Assembly: GCA_051942245.1 (NCBI GenBank)
Contig: JAVECL010000028.1
Location: 1 to 64,000 of the forward strand
Direction: 5' to 3'
DNA: 64,000 nucleotides
From: Trypethelium eluteriae
Lineage: Eukaryota
Part shown: positions 21,663 to 34,754 of the stretch, in pieces
Layout: every line of letters begins with the position of its first letter
Numbering within the stretch: position 1 is the stretch's first letter
The notes under the pieces: generated by a model
Database searches by the model: none
Seen by the model: only the letters and a program-made list of their open reading frames with translations
What the model was told of the DNA's origin: nothing
Translations under genes and position numbers: made by a program

Positions 21663-24276
21663 AGAACTCAAATGTATGTCGGTTTGTGGTGCAGCTTGTC
21701 TGTCAAAGAACCTTGGTCTTGGTTGTCACAAAAATGACGTGAGGCCGCGCGCTTTAGGAAATCATTTTGAAGCACCCCAAAACAGCACGAGCTGCCGACG
21801 ACCATGCGTTAAGTTAGAGAGAGTTTAGAAAAATAACAATGAAAAGCAGGGACAATTTTAATGCAGAGATCAGATCGAGGACGGCCTGGTCAATCGATAC
21901 CTTGCATTACGGATGGATGCCCTCAAACGAACGCAAGCCGACGCACGCCGATTAGGGTAGGTAGAGTACCTAGATACACCGCGGTCCCACGACCAGCCAC
22001 GCCAGCTCCTGTATAAAGCGCTTGGAAATGTTTCAAATCAAGAAGTCACCCACTCTGACTGTACACTTGCATTCATTTCTTACTCTCTTTTGCCTTCCTC
22101 CCACTTGTTTTGGGCATTGTGAACAAGGCTGGTCCTTGACTGACTATAATTGATACCCTACACGATCCCAACGATGTCTGGAGAGTGATTGTCACTAAGT
22201 CTCTGTGCCTTTAGTAAGGTAAGTTTTTCGACTGTCATGTGGTCTCTTCGTGAAATTAGGTGTGTCTAGAATGTACTGAAGATTTTATAAATACAATAGA
22301 CGGATAGGTTGCTCATGCATGCACATCGTTGCATTCTCGACCTTTCACGGGTACTTATGCTAGTGCCGAAGTTTTTTGGGCATTACTATGTAGATAGGAC
22401 TAGACAAAGATTCGCATTTTCCTCTTCAATTTGCTTTGTTCTTCGATTCAGAAGGGTTGTAGACATTACGATTCGTCGTAGAAAATGCCTGTCGTAGGAA
22501 TACTGCCTCAGCAGCACTGTTGTGATCCATTCCCGTCGAAAGAATACATTAGGGGGAAAAGCTTCACCCAATGAGGCGTAGCCTTGTGAGACCGCGATAG
22601 GCTTCATCGAGACCGACCCAAATCACGAGATTGCTTTCATAGAGGAACCTTAAATATGATTGAACTACTGTTATTCATGTGCGACTGCTGGGAGGCTTGC
22701 GTGGCGTGCTGCAGCTTCGTAAAGTCCCGCATTCTGGCGGGTGTGACAAACCCTATCATCGGCGTTCAGTTGCAACCATGGAGGTAGATAGCCTTCGATT
22801 ATCCTTGGAAATCTGCGTATCTCTACTTGATATATTTGATAAGACCTGGGGCTCTCTGCTTTCATGAAAATGAGGTAATCGGATTAAACGAGAGAATGGT
22901 GTAGCATTTACTTCTGAAGTTTATGGGTGCACCTGGAACGTAAGGTGGCTGCGAGATGGTAGCACTGCGTCGAGACGGTCTTACCAAGGATGTAGCGCGG
23001 GAAATTCAGTCACAGTGCATTCGTTCAGGCGCACTGCTGACTCTCGGATGAACTGTCTAGAGACAGGTAGACAGTGAACGCAATCAGCGAATCAAAGTGG
23101 CGGAGATAGGCCAAAAAGGGTCAACTTTGCGACACCGCAAACCCTTGATGGCGTATGTGGATGTGTCTTCTTCTGCGGTACGGTGTTGCTTCGATTAGTT
23201 GAACTGAAATGGGTCTCAAAATGACCAAGCGTCCGAGCAGGTGCGTCCCAATCGAGGAAAGCCACACGGTGATCTGAATGCCGGAGCCGTAGAAGAGCTT
23301 CGCCCCGGATTTCAACTCTGCAGAGGACTTGGCAACATTCAACGTCATATGCTGCTATAGTCTTGAGCAGCAGATTTGTAATCGCAACATCCATACCAAT
23401 GTCGCGGGTTGACAGAGAACCGGAGCCACATCTCGAGGGCTGACAGTACCTGAGCCATAAGGCTCTAAGCCCGAGGCTTGACGCTGCAGGTTGAAGCTTT
23501 GTTTGCATTCCCAGGGTTGTGTGAACTTCACACCACGCGCAAGGAGAGCAGCAGATTAGGCTATGCAAACGGCCCCTTTAGAACAGGCGGGCATTCTCAG
23601 ACGTCTGTCAGTACCTACAATGCCCTTCTCCAACAATATCGAATCCAATGTGTGCGATGCATCTGCAAGTGAGGACCGACGGGAAGGCGCGATGAGCGGG
23701 TGCAAGGAGCGTTCGTAACTGACTGATTCTGTTTTGATACATCACAAGGACACTGCGATATACCTTGCTGCCAATCCACATATGGTTGCTTCTTGCATCC
23801 CAGAAGACGTCTCCATTCAGTGTCCACTCTCCACTTTCTTTCTTTTCCTGATCTGCTTACTGCCCTCGCTCATTACCAAATTGATCCCTTTTGACGCTGC
23901 AAGCCACGCCAGAACGAGTTTATTATCCTTTGCCCTACACTCCTTTGTCTTGTTGCACGCCGTACGCCAGGTTGTACGCTGCACCGCGCCTCTCATCTCT
24001 GACGACCGATCGGTTTCACGTAAGTCGAACAATGACGCTCATTGACCTTGCACCTCCGTATCTCGAGGGCTGGACCTCCTAGACTCGATCCACATACTTT
24101 GCCATATAAGCTTCACTTCCGTTTGTCGAGATTCGATTGAATCACCCCATGCGTTCATGCAACTTCACTGACTGATGGTAGCCATCCATTCTTTTCCTGT
24201 AAAAGATCTACGATCCCACTTACAAAAAAGCCATATTGCTGTCACTGCTCATCGACCGGCCTGAGCATAAAGAAAC

Positions 24277-25263
24277 ATGCTCCGCTCCACTATTCTCGCT
24301 ACTGCCTTCGCGGTCGTTGCCGTCACATCCCCCGTCAGCATCAACAAGCGCGACCTCGTCGTTGTTACTGATATTGTCACGGACATTGTTGTTGTAACTG
24401 AGACTGCTGGCGTGGTCGGCATTTTTTCTCTCGCAGCGCCAAACTATGCCCCGTACCAACCCAGTGCATACAACATCGCCACTTCAATTTCAGTCAGCAG
24501 TAGCCGCGTTGCTTCTCAGGTTTCCACCGGAGCACGCTTCACCTCTTCGCTCCCTGTTCTTGCCACAAGCAGCAGCGATGAAGTTCCCTTTCCAGTTTCT
24601 TCATCCATTCCTAACGGTGATGCCCAGCCGAGCACCTTTGCCAGCATGGTTGTGGACCATCACAACGCTCATCGCGCCAATCACTCTGCTCCTGACCTCG
24701 CATGGGATCAGGATCTCGCAAATACCGCAGCCAAAATTGCAGATAGTTGCTACTACGCACATAACATGTAAGTCGTTTCCCGATTTGAGCGTTTGTTCGG
24801 TGCGGAGTCCAATGCTGAAATTTCGTGTAGTGCGATGGACGGCGGTGGATACGGCCAGAACATCGCTGCTGGCGCTCCACCGAGTAACATTTCTGCTGTA
24901 ATTACCGACTCCTTCTACAATGGTGAGGTCAACTATTTTGACGGCTTGTATGGCGAGCCGAGTCCAGATATGTCAAAGTTTGAGAACTGGGGCCACTTCA
25001 GTCAGATCGTCTGGAAGGCCACGGGCTTCGTCGGGTGCGCTGTCCGTAACTGTACCATCGAGAGTCTTGGTAACGTCGGTGCCGATGTCGCGCCATTCTT
25101 CACAGTCTGCAACTACAAGGGAGCTGGTAGGTGCGGAGTTCCCTCATCTTGGAGCCTTTTGCTGACACGCAATCCAGGGAATGTTGGCGGTGAATACGCA
25201 GAAAACATCGGTCAGCCCCTAGGCCACCCGACAATCAATTACGATACATTCGGTCTGCTCTAG
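24277..25263 (+). CDS. Secreted CAP/SCP (PR-1/Pry-like) protein
   Basis: Signal peptide, KR (Kex2-like) site and Ser/Thr linker, followed by HNAHRANHSAPDLAWD, GYGQNIA, WGHFSQIVWK and FTVCNY..GNV. Introns at 24768-24830 and 25127-25177. Confidence 0.95.
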
Positions 25264-26224
25264 CGGAGCGTGAAAATGTTGTCCCATGGTGCAAGCGGCG
25301 TGGGATGACCACTCTCTATACTCTGTCGAGCTGGTCAGCCTTCTTTTCTTTTCTGTACCAGTGGCATTAGGCTGTCACATACCGTGCTGACGCACTCTCG
25401 AGGGAGGCTGTCCTCAGAAGTCCTCCGCATGACTCATTCAAATGGGATCTCTCTCTACTTGTCTTTCCCGTATTGCATGTGAGTGCCGATTGCATGGCCA
25501 GCATGAGTTGATTATCCAGCGGATACGGGGTAGCGTGGAAAACATCTGCCGAAAAGTCTTTCGATCCTGAGCTGATTGGCATGGAAAACCAAACTTCATT
25601 TCTTTGTACATATTGAGAGCCTGTCAAGGCCACATGATTCTTTATTGATCTCCGGCAGATCTTGTCTCGAAATGAATCTGTTCATGACTGGGCAGCTTCC
25701 CCATAAGCGGTCAGCGCGTGGTTGATGGCACTTGTCCCAATGTAAGAAGTTAGTAGAGAGAGCATAATATCATTGCAAGTTCTTGGTGCAATAGATCGAA
25801 GTTCAGATCGCTAAGAAAGATGGGGGAGAATAGAATGATGCCTAGGTCTTGTCTTGACCAGACGTCGGATTAAGCAAGGCGGCCTACCAACTGGGGTTCG
25901 CTGTCGATTCAAACCGCGTCTCCAATCACAAAGTGGTTCATCTAATCTGTTCCAGCAAGGTGCGGGGCTTGCAGATCGTTCGGACACTGCCGAGCGCGTC
26001 TGAAGTACAGAGTACATGCATCAACCCATAGCCTCGGGCATGGTAATTTGATATCGAATTCAATGCAAATCGCATGGTTGTCGCGACCACGTTGAGAGGC
26101 AGATTCTCCGGCATATTCCTTCCATGGGCTGCTGTTCTCACTGTGCAGCCACTCGACCGAACTCTCCAATCAACGCTCGACACTTCACCCTCGAGCTGTC
26201 TTATCCTCATGTGGTAGAGGCAGC

Positions 26225-28812
26225 ATGTCAGCCGTGGCACAATCTTCCGATGGCGCTTCGGAGGAGGGGAATTTGAAGCTGGTTAACCGTCTCAGCGAGA
26301 GCCGAAGCCCATATGTAAGCTCGCTCTCATGTATATGATCGGTTCAGAAGTAGCGAGATTCAATACTGATCCGACATTGCCCATGTAGGTTCGAGAGCAC
26401 ATGGACAATCCAGTAGCATGGCAGATGTGGAATTTAGAGTCGTTGGCTCTTGCCAAGAAATCTAATCGCCTCCTTTTTGTCAGCATAGGGTACTCGGCCT
26501 GTCATTGTACGTCACGTCCGTCGTTGTATGATTCCTTCTGATCATGACCATTGCGATACAGAGTCAAAGCACTAATTCCAGCAAGGGTGTCATGTAATGG
26601 AGCGCGAGTCTTTTTCAAATCCGCTGATTGCCTCCCTACTCAACAAGCATTTCATCCCCTTGAAATTGGATCGCGAAGAACGCCCAGACGTTGATAGGAT
26701 ATACATGAATTACGTGCAAGCCATAAATGGTTCTGGTGGGTGGCCGCTCAATGTGTTTCTCACACCTGATCTGGAGCCACTTTTCGGTGGAACATACTTT
26801 CCAGGACCAGACTCTACAACCCCCGACGTAGGTCGCACAAGCTTTGAGGGTATTCTGAAGAAAATGCAAGAAGTGTGGACCACTCAACAAACGCGATGCA
26901 GACAATCAGCAGGAGAGATAACCCAACAGCTGAAAGCTTTTGCGCAGGAGGGGACACTGGCGCCAAGGCAGAGAGGAGGGGTCCAAGAAGATGGGGACGA
27001 ACCAGACGCCCTAGAGTTGGACTTACTGGAAGAGGCGTACGAACATTTTGAACATCGATTTGACAACCAATTCTCGGGATTTGGGAGAGCACCAAAATTC
27101 CCAACACCAGTTAACCTAAGATTTCTATTACGGTTAGGCGCACAGTTAAAACAAAAGGTAGAAGTCTCAGCATTCGAGAAACCTATGGGTATCCCCGAAA
27201 TACGGGATATTGTCGGCGAAGAGGAATGCAAAAAAGCTGGGAGCATGGCTATAAGAACACTTGAGGCAATGGCTAAGGGAGGCATTAAAGATCAAATTGG
27301 GGAAGGGTTTGCAAGATACAGTGTCACCCGTGACTGGAGCCTTCCGCACTTCGAGAAAATGTCGGTGTTCTTCCGGGAAACTTAAACGGAAAAGGTTTAA
27401 TGAAAGTGCTAATGAATGGGAATAGGCTCTACGATAATGCGCAGCTTCTGCCGACGTATCTTGACGCTTACCTTCTGTCCCCCTCTCCTCTGCTACTCGA
27501 AACAGTTCACGATCTGGCCACATATCTCACCTCTCCTCCATTACATTCCACCGCCGGCGGCTTTTTTTCCGCCGAAGATGCTGACAGTCCGTCAACTGCA
27601 GACGACTCAGAGAAGCGTGAAGGCGCATTCTATGTTTGGACCCTGAAGGAGCTTCAATCGGTCATTGGGAACGATAGAGATGCCGATGTGCTTGCTCGTT
27701 ATTATGGTGTTCGGGAGAATGGCAACGTGGCACCTGAACACGATGCGCATGACGAACTCATTAACCAAAATGTTTTGTTCATATCTCAGCGGGCCAGCAT
27801 TATTGCTAAAGAACTTGGGATGAGCAAGAGCCAGGTCCAGAGCATTATCAAGGAAGGACGAGTGAGATTAAGAACACACCGAGAAAAGACGAGGCCGAGA
27901 CCCGTTCTGGATGACAAAATTGTGACGGCTTGGAATGGACTGGCTATTGGAGGTCTCGCGCGAAGTGCCGCTGTACTTGAGAGCTTGAATGAGGCTACAG
28001 ACGAGGACAAATCGAGAGCGAAGCGATACAGAGAGGCTGCAGAGAAAGCGGCTACATTTATCAAAAAAGAGTTGTACGACGAAATGGATGGGCTTCTATG
28101 GCGTGTCTATCGTGAAGGAAGAGGTGACACACCAGCATTTGCAGACGACTACGCGTTCCTAATCAGTGGCTTGATCGACTTGTATGAAGCCACTTTTGAT
28201 GACAAGTATCTCGCATTTGCCGATCGCTTACAACGTGGGTCTAACAATTATGGGATCGGAATTGGCAGATTGCTGATGCTGTCTACAGAGTCCCAAATCT
28301 CCCTTTTCTACGATAGTCTCCACTCGGGTTTCTTCTCCACTACCGCCGACGCTCCAGATCTTATCCTACGCCTCAAAGACGGCATGGATAGCGCTGAACC
28401 GTCTGCCAATGGCGTCGCAGCCTTGAATCTATATCGATTATCTTCTTTACTGAATGATCCGGAGTTTAACGGGATAAGGTACTCGGCTTATGCGAAGGGC
28501 ACCTTGGAGGCCTTTAGCGCGGAGATGATTCAGCATCCGTACCTATTTGCAGGAATGCTAGAGAGCGTCGTCGCGAACAATGTGGGGATCAGGAGCGTGG
28601 TAATAAGTGGGTCACATGAGAAGTTAGAACAACAGATAAATCAGATAAGAACGAGGCCATCAGGGCTGACAGAAACAGTTGCTAGGATTGGTGGTAGCTC
28701 AAAGTCTAGTTGGCTTAAAGATAGGAATGAGTTGGTTGCGAACATAGATGAGACGAAGGCAGCCGTCTCGTTTTGTGAAGCGGGAACATGCAAGGCCGAG
28801 CTCATCTTTTGA
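26225..28812 (+). CDS. SPATA20/YyaL-like protein (DUF255 thioredoxin domain plus alpha/alpha-toroid domain)
   Basis: Motifs NRLSESRSPYV..H..NPVAWQ, SIGYSACHWCHVMERESF, DREERPDVD, GGWPLNVFLTP, GRAPKFP, PHFEKMLYDNAQL, DDKIVTAWNGL and FADDYAFLI; four introns. Confidence 0.95.
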
Positions 28813-29218
28813 CCAGGCAAAGGCCAGGCTGCGCTTTGGACTACATCTGATCGAATTTCTGGATCGGAGGAAGATCGTGATGATGAACATGATGCATTTC
28901 CACGGGTAATGAGCACAATCACGAGTCAAATCAATTTCTGATATCCGAGCGAAGCGATTGTGGCGCAACAAGGTGTCTTCGTCATCGTAATTTATTATTG
29001 CTTTGACTTTATCAGTCCTCGCTGAGGAAACGCCTTGTATGATACTTATCTGGGTAGTTATTTTGAATGAAGAATATAGCTCGTTAGACTAATCTTCGGC
29101 GCCTAGCTTTTACGCTCAAAGAAATCATCCATATCACATCAAGATCGTCCGGGCGACCCCGAGAAGACGTCAGGCTCTCTTCCACAGCATTTAGTCCCCT
29201 TTTTGACGCGCCTCTCCC

Positions 29219-29939
29219 CTATGACCTATGACGGACCTCCTGGCCTGCAACGTGCCGAGCCGTCTCCTCTCTTTTGCTTGATCCGACAAAAGTTGCTGCA
29301 TTTTCAGCAAGAGTTGTCAAACCCACCTCATCGCTGCAATCATCTGTCTCGTCGATCGCCCCGGGTGTGCTTTTTTCCTGTTCTTCTCGCAGCAACCTAT
29401 ACTTCCTCCGTTTTTTCTTGTCCGCACTTGCCTTCTTCTTCTTCGCTAGCTGTGCCTTGAGGGCCTTTCGACTTTGGTCGCCGAGCTTGATTTCTTCGAG
29501 TCTTTCAGCGAGGATGCGACGGGCGATCTTTCGGTTTTGAGACCGGGACCGAGTCTCCTGGGACTTGACGACTATACCGGTAGCAAGATGTTTTAACTGA
29601 ACTGCGCATGAGGTTTTGTTCTTCACAAGGATGTCAGACTCGCTCAGGTAGCTATCAAGGAGAGCTTGCAGATGATTCATTCCCTTAAGCAGCGACGTGG
29701 GTGAAGTGATAACAAGGTCTACCAACAATTTTTTGTCCTCCAGGACCGGTACCCTTTAAGAAGGCTTCTTGAATTTCGTTCTCATCAACCGTAGGCCGAG
29801 GTGGCATTGGCTTAGCACAGGCACATAACGCCGTGCTAAAGCCATGTTTGGTGATCCTCGGTCTGGGCAAGGTATAGAGAACAGCGGGAGACTCAGTCAG
29901 AGTTCTAATAAGCCGCTGAAGCATGAAAGCTTTCCCCAT
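29219..29939 (-). CDS. Mitochondrial class-1 release-factor-like rescue protein (C12orf65/MTRFR-like)
   Basis: Arg/Leu-rich presequence, then FLKGTGPGGQKI|NKTSCAVQLKHLATGIVVKSQETRSRSQNRKIAR (GGQ motif split by an intron) and a basic C-terminal tail. Confidence 0.9.
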
Positions 29940-30071
29940 CGCTCTGCAACATATTACTAGGAGTTGAGCTATGCAGCCGGTGGCTTGTGGAGGGACGCAA
30001 GAATTTGCGGCAAGGGTACGGAGTAGAGAACTGAGAGGTTATCGTAAATCATTGGCCATAGCGTTGGCGAA

Positions 30072-30105
30072 ACGCGCGAACGACACGGCTTAACGCGAGA
30101 CGCGT
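30072..30105. promoter_or_regulatory. Cluster of MCB-like (MBF) elements upstream of MCM7
   Basis: ACGCGCGAA (30072), ACGCGA (30093) and a perfect ACGCGT (30100-30105), ~150-190 bp upstream of the MCM7 ATG. Confidence 0.6.
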
Positions 30106-30257
30106 TCTCTTAGGTACAGAAACATACATCCCGCTTTTCGATTTCCTCGAGACTACACATATCTGATTCCACCGTAATGACGAATCGCTTATCCAATTGA
30201 CGTACACTTTAATCCTTTGACTCCGATCGCTTCTGAGGTGTAATATCACATTTAGCA

Positions 30258-32915
30258 ATGGCCCTTCTAATTGCGCGTGCGCCTGTGGACTATCTCGAGC
30301 AGCAAGGTTCGTTCAGTATTCTGGACATATCATTGTACTACGCTTACATGTCTCCAAAGCTGCTTTTGAAGATTTCCTGACATCCTACAAGGGAAATAGC
30401 TCATCTGACACTGCCAATGCCTTGGACGACTTACATATCGATGAGGACGGTCTCAGTGATGAATACGACTTCATGGACGATGCAGACGGAGGCGACATTT
30501 CGCGGAGGCAGGGTGTGACAAATGGTGGTCCCAAGAAAAAATACATGAAGATGCTGCAAGATGTAGCCGACCGCAACGCAAGCCAAGTCCTAATAGAGCT
30601 GGACGATGTAGACGAAGTGCGCCACTCGCAATATCTTTCACACAATCGCTAATCCACCCGTGAGCGCAGTACGAAAAGTCCCTGGAAGGCCAGTCTTCTG
30701 GATTGAAGCTCGTAGAGTCAATCGAGAAGAATGCGAATTCATACATCGAGCTTTTATCAAGAGCGGTTGATAAAGTTATGCCACAGCCTTCGAAAGAGCC
30801 GACGTGTGACTGTCCTCTCTCTTATGCCTCAGGATTGACTAGGCTGACACACTCTAGGTTCAAGGACGACGTTCTGGATATCGTCATGACACAGCGCTCA
30901 AAACGGAATGAGAGGATACAAGAGGCTATGGATTCAGATATCGCTGCCGACTCTCCCGAATCGATTTTCCCACCTGAGCTCACCCGGAGATACAATCTTA
31001 ATTTCAAACCAATGACCCCAGCTGGATCGAGCAGTGAGCGCAATTCAAAGGCGATGGCAGTCCGGCACGTGAAAGGCGAACATTTAGGCCACCTCATTAC
31101 GGTCCGGGGCATCACAACCAGAGTCTCGGATATTAAGCCTTCAGTGCAGGTCAACGCATACTCTTGCGACATCTGCGGTTCTGAGGTGTTCCAGCCGGTC
31201 ACTACCAAGCAATTCACACCCTTGGTGGATTGTCCCTCGGCTGAATGCCAAACAAACAATTCCAAAGGCCAACTCTTCCTCTTAACTCGCGCTTCCAAAT
31301 TTCTTCCTTTCCAAGAGGTCAAAATCCAGGAGATGGCGGACCAAGTCCCAGTTGGGCATATACCTCGTCAACTGACAATCCACTGTCATGGAACACTCAC
31401 TCGGCAGATTACTCCCGGAGATGTAATTGATGTTGGAGGCATCTTCCTTCCCACACCTTATACCGGCTTCAAGGCCATCAAAGCAGGCCTTCTCACAGAC
31501 ACCTACCTAGAGGCACAGTATGTCAGGCAGCACAAAAAAGCTTATGACGATATCATCCTTGCGCAACCTACGATCCGACGTATGGATGAATTGGAGCGTT
31601 CTGGACAGCTCTATGAGTTTCTCTCCCGCAGTATCGCTCCTGAAATTTTTGGTCATGCAGACGTGAAGAAAGCTCTTCTGCTACAATTGATTGGCGGAGT
31701 GACCAAAAGTATGGGCGATGGGATGCGAATCCGTGGCGACATCAACATCTGCCTCATGGGCGATCCTGGTGTCGCCAAATCCCAACTCCTCAAATATATC
31801 ACCAAAGTCGCTCCACGCGGCGTCTACACCACTGGTCGAGGTAGCAGTGGCGTGGGTCTTACCGCGGCTGTGATGCGAGACCCTGTCACCGACGAGATGG
31901 TCCTCGAAGGCGGCGCTCTCGTCCTTGCTGACAATGGCATGTGCTGCATCGACGAATTCGATAAGATGGACGATGGCGACCGGACCGCCATCCACGAAGT
32001 CATGGAGCAGCAGACTATCTCCATCTCCAAAGCCGGCATCACCACTACTCTCAATGCCCGTACTTCTATCCTCGCGGCAGCAAATCCCCTCTACGGCCGC
32101 TACAATCCGCGTATCTCCCCCGTCGATAATATCAACCTCCCCGCCGCCCTCCTTTCCCGTTTCGACATCCTCTTCCTCATCCTGGATACGCCATCTCGCG
32201 ACGCCGATGAGGAGCTGGCCCGCCATGTCACCCATGTCCACATCCACAGCAAGCATCCCGAAGACGCCTCCGGCGTCGTATTCTCCCCACATGAGGTCCG
32301 GCAGTGGGTTGCACGCGCGCGGAGCTACCGTCCCGTTGTGTCCAAGGGTGTCAGCGACTACTGCGTTGGCGCGTACGTGCGCATGCGCCAGCAGCAGAAG
32401 CGGGACGAGGGCGGGAAGAAGCAATTCACGCATACGTCGCCACGGACGCTGCTGGGCGTTCTACGGCTCTCGCAGGCTTTGGCACGGTTGCGATTCGCGG
32501 AGGAGGTCATCACGGAAGATGTGGATGAGGCGCTGAGGCTCGTAGAAGTGAGTAAGGCAAGTCTCTATGAAAGTGGGAGGGAGAGAGGCGACCAAACGAG
32601 CAGTAGTAAAATTTATAATTTGGTGCGAGGAATGAGGGCGAGTGGGGCTGCGGCTGTTGGGGACGGTTCGAGTGGAGAGTTGGATCTGAGGAGAGTCCGG
32701 GAAAGGGTACTGGCGAAGGGATTTACAGTGGACCAATTTGAGCAAGCGATTGATGAGTACGCATTGCTAGACGTGAGTAACCACCTTGCCATGCCGATAT
32801 GAAATGAGAAACTGACTAACGTGGTTGATAGGTGTGGCAAACGGCAGCAGAAGGCACTCGCTTGGTTTTTATTGAGGCTGGAGATGACATAGATATGGAT
32901 GACGAATACGCATAG
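30258..32915 (+). CDS. MCM7: DNA replication licensing factor MCM7
   Basis: Motifs [28 protein letters not shown], Walker [20 protein letters not shown] and [11 protein letters not shown]; four introns. Confidence 0.97.
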
Positions 32916-33340
32916 GATTATCTGGACTGGAGTCTGGATTTTGGCGCATGGTCAGCGTCCGTTTTACACAGTATGTCTCGTAGGTTAAGCCTTGCTCAAT
33001 CGGCAAGAAAGTAGCTTTTTGCAATCATTGAAGGGCAGGATTAACTTACAGAGGCCCCGTCTGTTCTGGTCACACCTGAGGATCAGCAAGATACGATGGT
33101 GCCACAGAACTGAGACCCTCTTAGTAACTAGGTATGATAGCAAGTTACATTCTAAACAACTTTCGAGTATGGTAAAACTCGAGAGCACATGCCCAATTTA
33201 CATAGTACCTAGGTAGGCATGTTATACTTATGGCCATACTAGTCCAGTGCTATTTCGCTGATCCTTTTTCGCCACCATTCTCGCAATTCTTTCTCTCGTT
33301 CTGCTCTTCAGAAGAGAACTAAGTTCCCCCATCGCCTTGT

Positions 33341-33962
33341 CTACTTCTCCCTCAAAACCTCTTTTATCCCTTCACTTACCGCGCCCTCGGCCTTTCTCAC
33401 CCCCTGCCTTGCCTTCTCTTCCAAAACCTTCTCTCTACCACCAAAATTCCAATAATTTAGATACCGATATCCTTGAGTACATTGCGCGGAGAAATTGACA
33501 ATGTGGCAGCCGAAAAGGAGGTAGTTCCTAGGCGTGACGGCCATAGCATAGCGCATAAAGACAGCGGAGTAGCCGACGAGGGCCATGGTCATTGTGCCAG
33601 AGATACTATGATGAAGTATTAGCGAGAGTTAGTGAGAGTGGGAATCGACCAGGTTGCGACTATTCTGGAAGCTTGGGAAGATTGGTGGCAGAAAGTAGAG
33701 ACGAACGCATGTGTAAGAGACGATTTACATTTCGGGGTCTTTCTGAGTGTCTAATACTGCTGCGATGGGAATACCAAAGTTTGAGGCTGGCCCCCAGAAA
33801 TCTGAAACTCGATTAGTTGTGCAGTCACTGCGTTCGACTCATTCAATCGTCGTATGCCTGTGAACGATGTGGATTGGAGGAAGACTCACGCGTTGAGCAG
33901 AGGTAATCGGTTACTGGGTTGGCTCGTATCCGCGTATTGAGCGCTTTGATTGCAGCGGCCAT
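33341..33962 (-). CDS. MPC1: Mitochondrial pyruvate carrier subunit 1
   Basis: Spliced translation [83 protein letters not shown]. Confidence 0.93.
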
Positions 33963-34365
33963 ACTGAAGGAAATGGATTGCGCGCACAGAATGGAGAGGA
34001 TGTACGAGGAGCGTAGAGGAAAAGGCGTCGTTTAGCAGAAGGCCGCTGAGGTTGCGGTTGAGGTGTGCAGGCCCCGGATTTCGGAGCTTGGAGGGCGCAA
34101 AGTTAGCCCAGCATACGACGCCGCGGACGCGAGGTCGGCGAACAGGGCGGCGGTCTACCGGGGCAAATATAATACGTATTAGAAACGCATATATATCACG
34201 CATGAACATGGAGGATTCTATGTTCTAAGCCTCGTGTATTTACGTTGACTTAAGACAGTTCAGTCAGGCATCTCTGAGTTCTGATTGCCAAAATGGTACA
34301 TGGATTTCTGCTGTTTACAGTCTACTGCCTCGTACTCGAGAAGTTGAATTTATTGCTTCATAATT

Positions 34366-34742
34366 CTACAGTTTTCGAGCGCGATCTAAGGTGCCAACAG
34401 CATCACAGAACCACTCGCCTTCGGTCATCTGCAAGCCCCTAGTGGAGAGGTACTCTGCTGAAGCGATGATTCCAATGAACGGGGTTACGAGCTCAAGGAA
34501 TTTAGACAGGTCGGCGTTATCTTTACCCTGCTGATCGCGAATCTTGGAGTAGACTTTGGCAAGGACGGTCCATCTGGCTTGGAAGTGGTTCCCCTGCCAC
34601 AGTACGGTGAGGAGAAGTGAGATAGCTTTCTGTCGAAAGTCCAAGAAGATGGGGGACTAGTAGACTTGAAGAAAATTAGTATCACTGGTGCCTGAATTGC
34701 AAAGGACAAACATACCGTGAAACGCTATGTAGGTTGTCAGTA
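34366..34742 (-). pseudogene. MAT1-1-1: Truncated MAT1-1-1 (alpha-box) relic
   Basis: Spliced over a 51-nt phase-1 intron (34665-34715, GTATGT..CTAAT..AAG) it reads LTTYIAFHVY*SPIFLDFRQKAISLLLTVLWQGNHFQARWTVLAKVYSKIRDQQGKDNADLSKFLELVTPFIGII. This matches the alpha-box pattern LNSFIAFRSYYSPIF..QK..S..L..LW..F.AKW.ILAKAYS.IRD. There is an in-frame TAG at 34657-34659 and no start or N-terminal region. Confidence 0.85.
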
Positions 34743-34754
34743 TGGCTAGACATG

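Noticed and set aside
22300..24100. Scattered ORFs between the CRT10-like and CAP genes
   Set aside because: No recognisable motifs. It could hide a degenerate gene, but nothing is supportable without a search.
28878..28941. TGATGA...CTGA resembling a C/D box snoRNA
   Set aside because: No terminal stem or identifiable rRNA guide; it lies in a 3' UTR and the motifs are short enough to occur by chance.
31681..32536. Long antisense and alternate-frame ORFs (250 and 203 aa) within MCM7
   Set aside because: Shadow ORFs caused by GC3-rich codon bias in a conserved gene. The same applies to those within RPC2 and SET1.
34366..34377. C-terminal RKL of the alpha-box relic frame as a peroxisomal PTS1
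   Set aside because: Arg at -3 is non-canonical, and the frame lacks a start codon.
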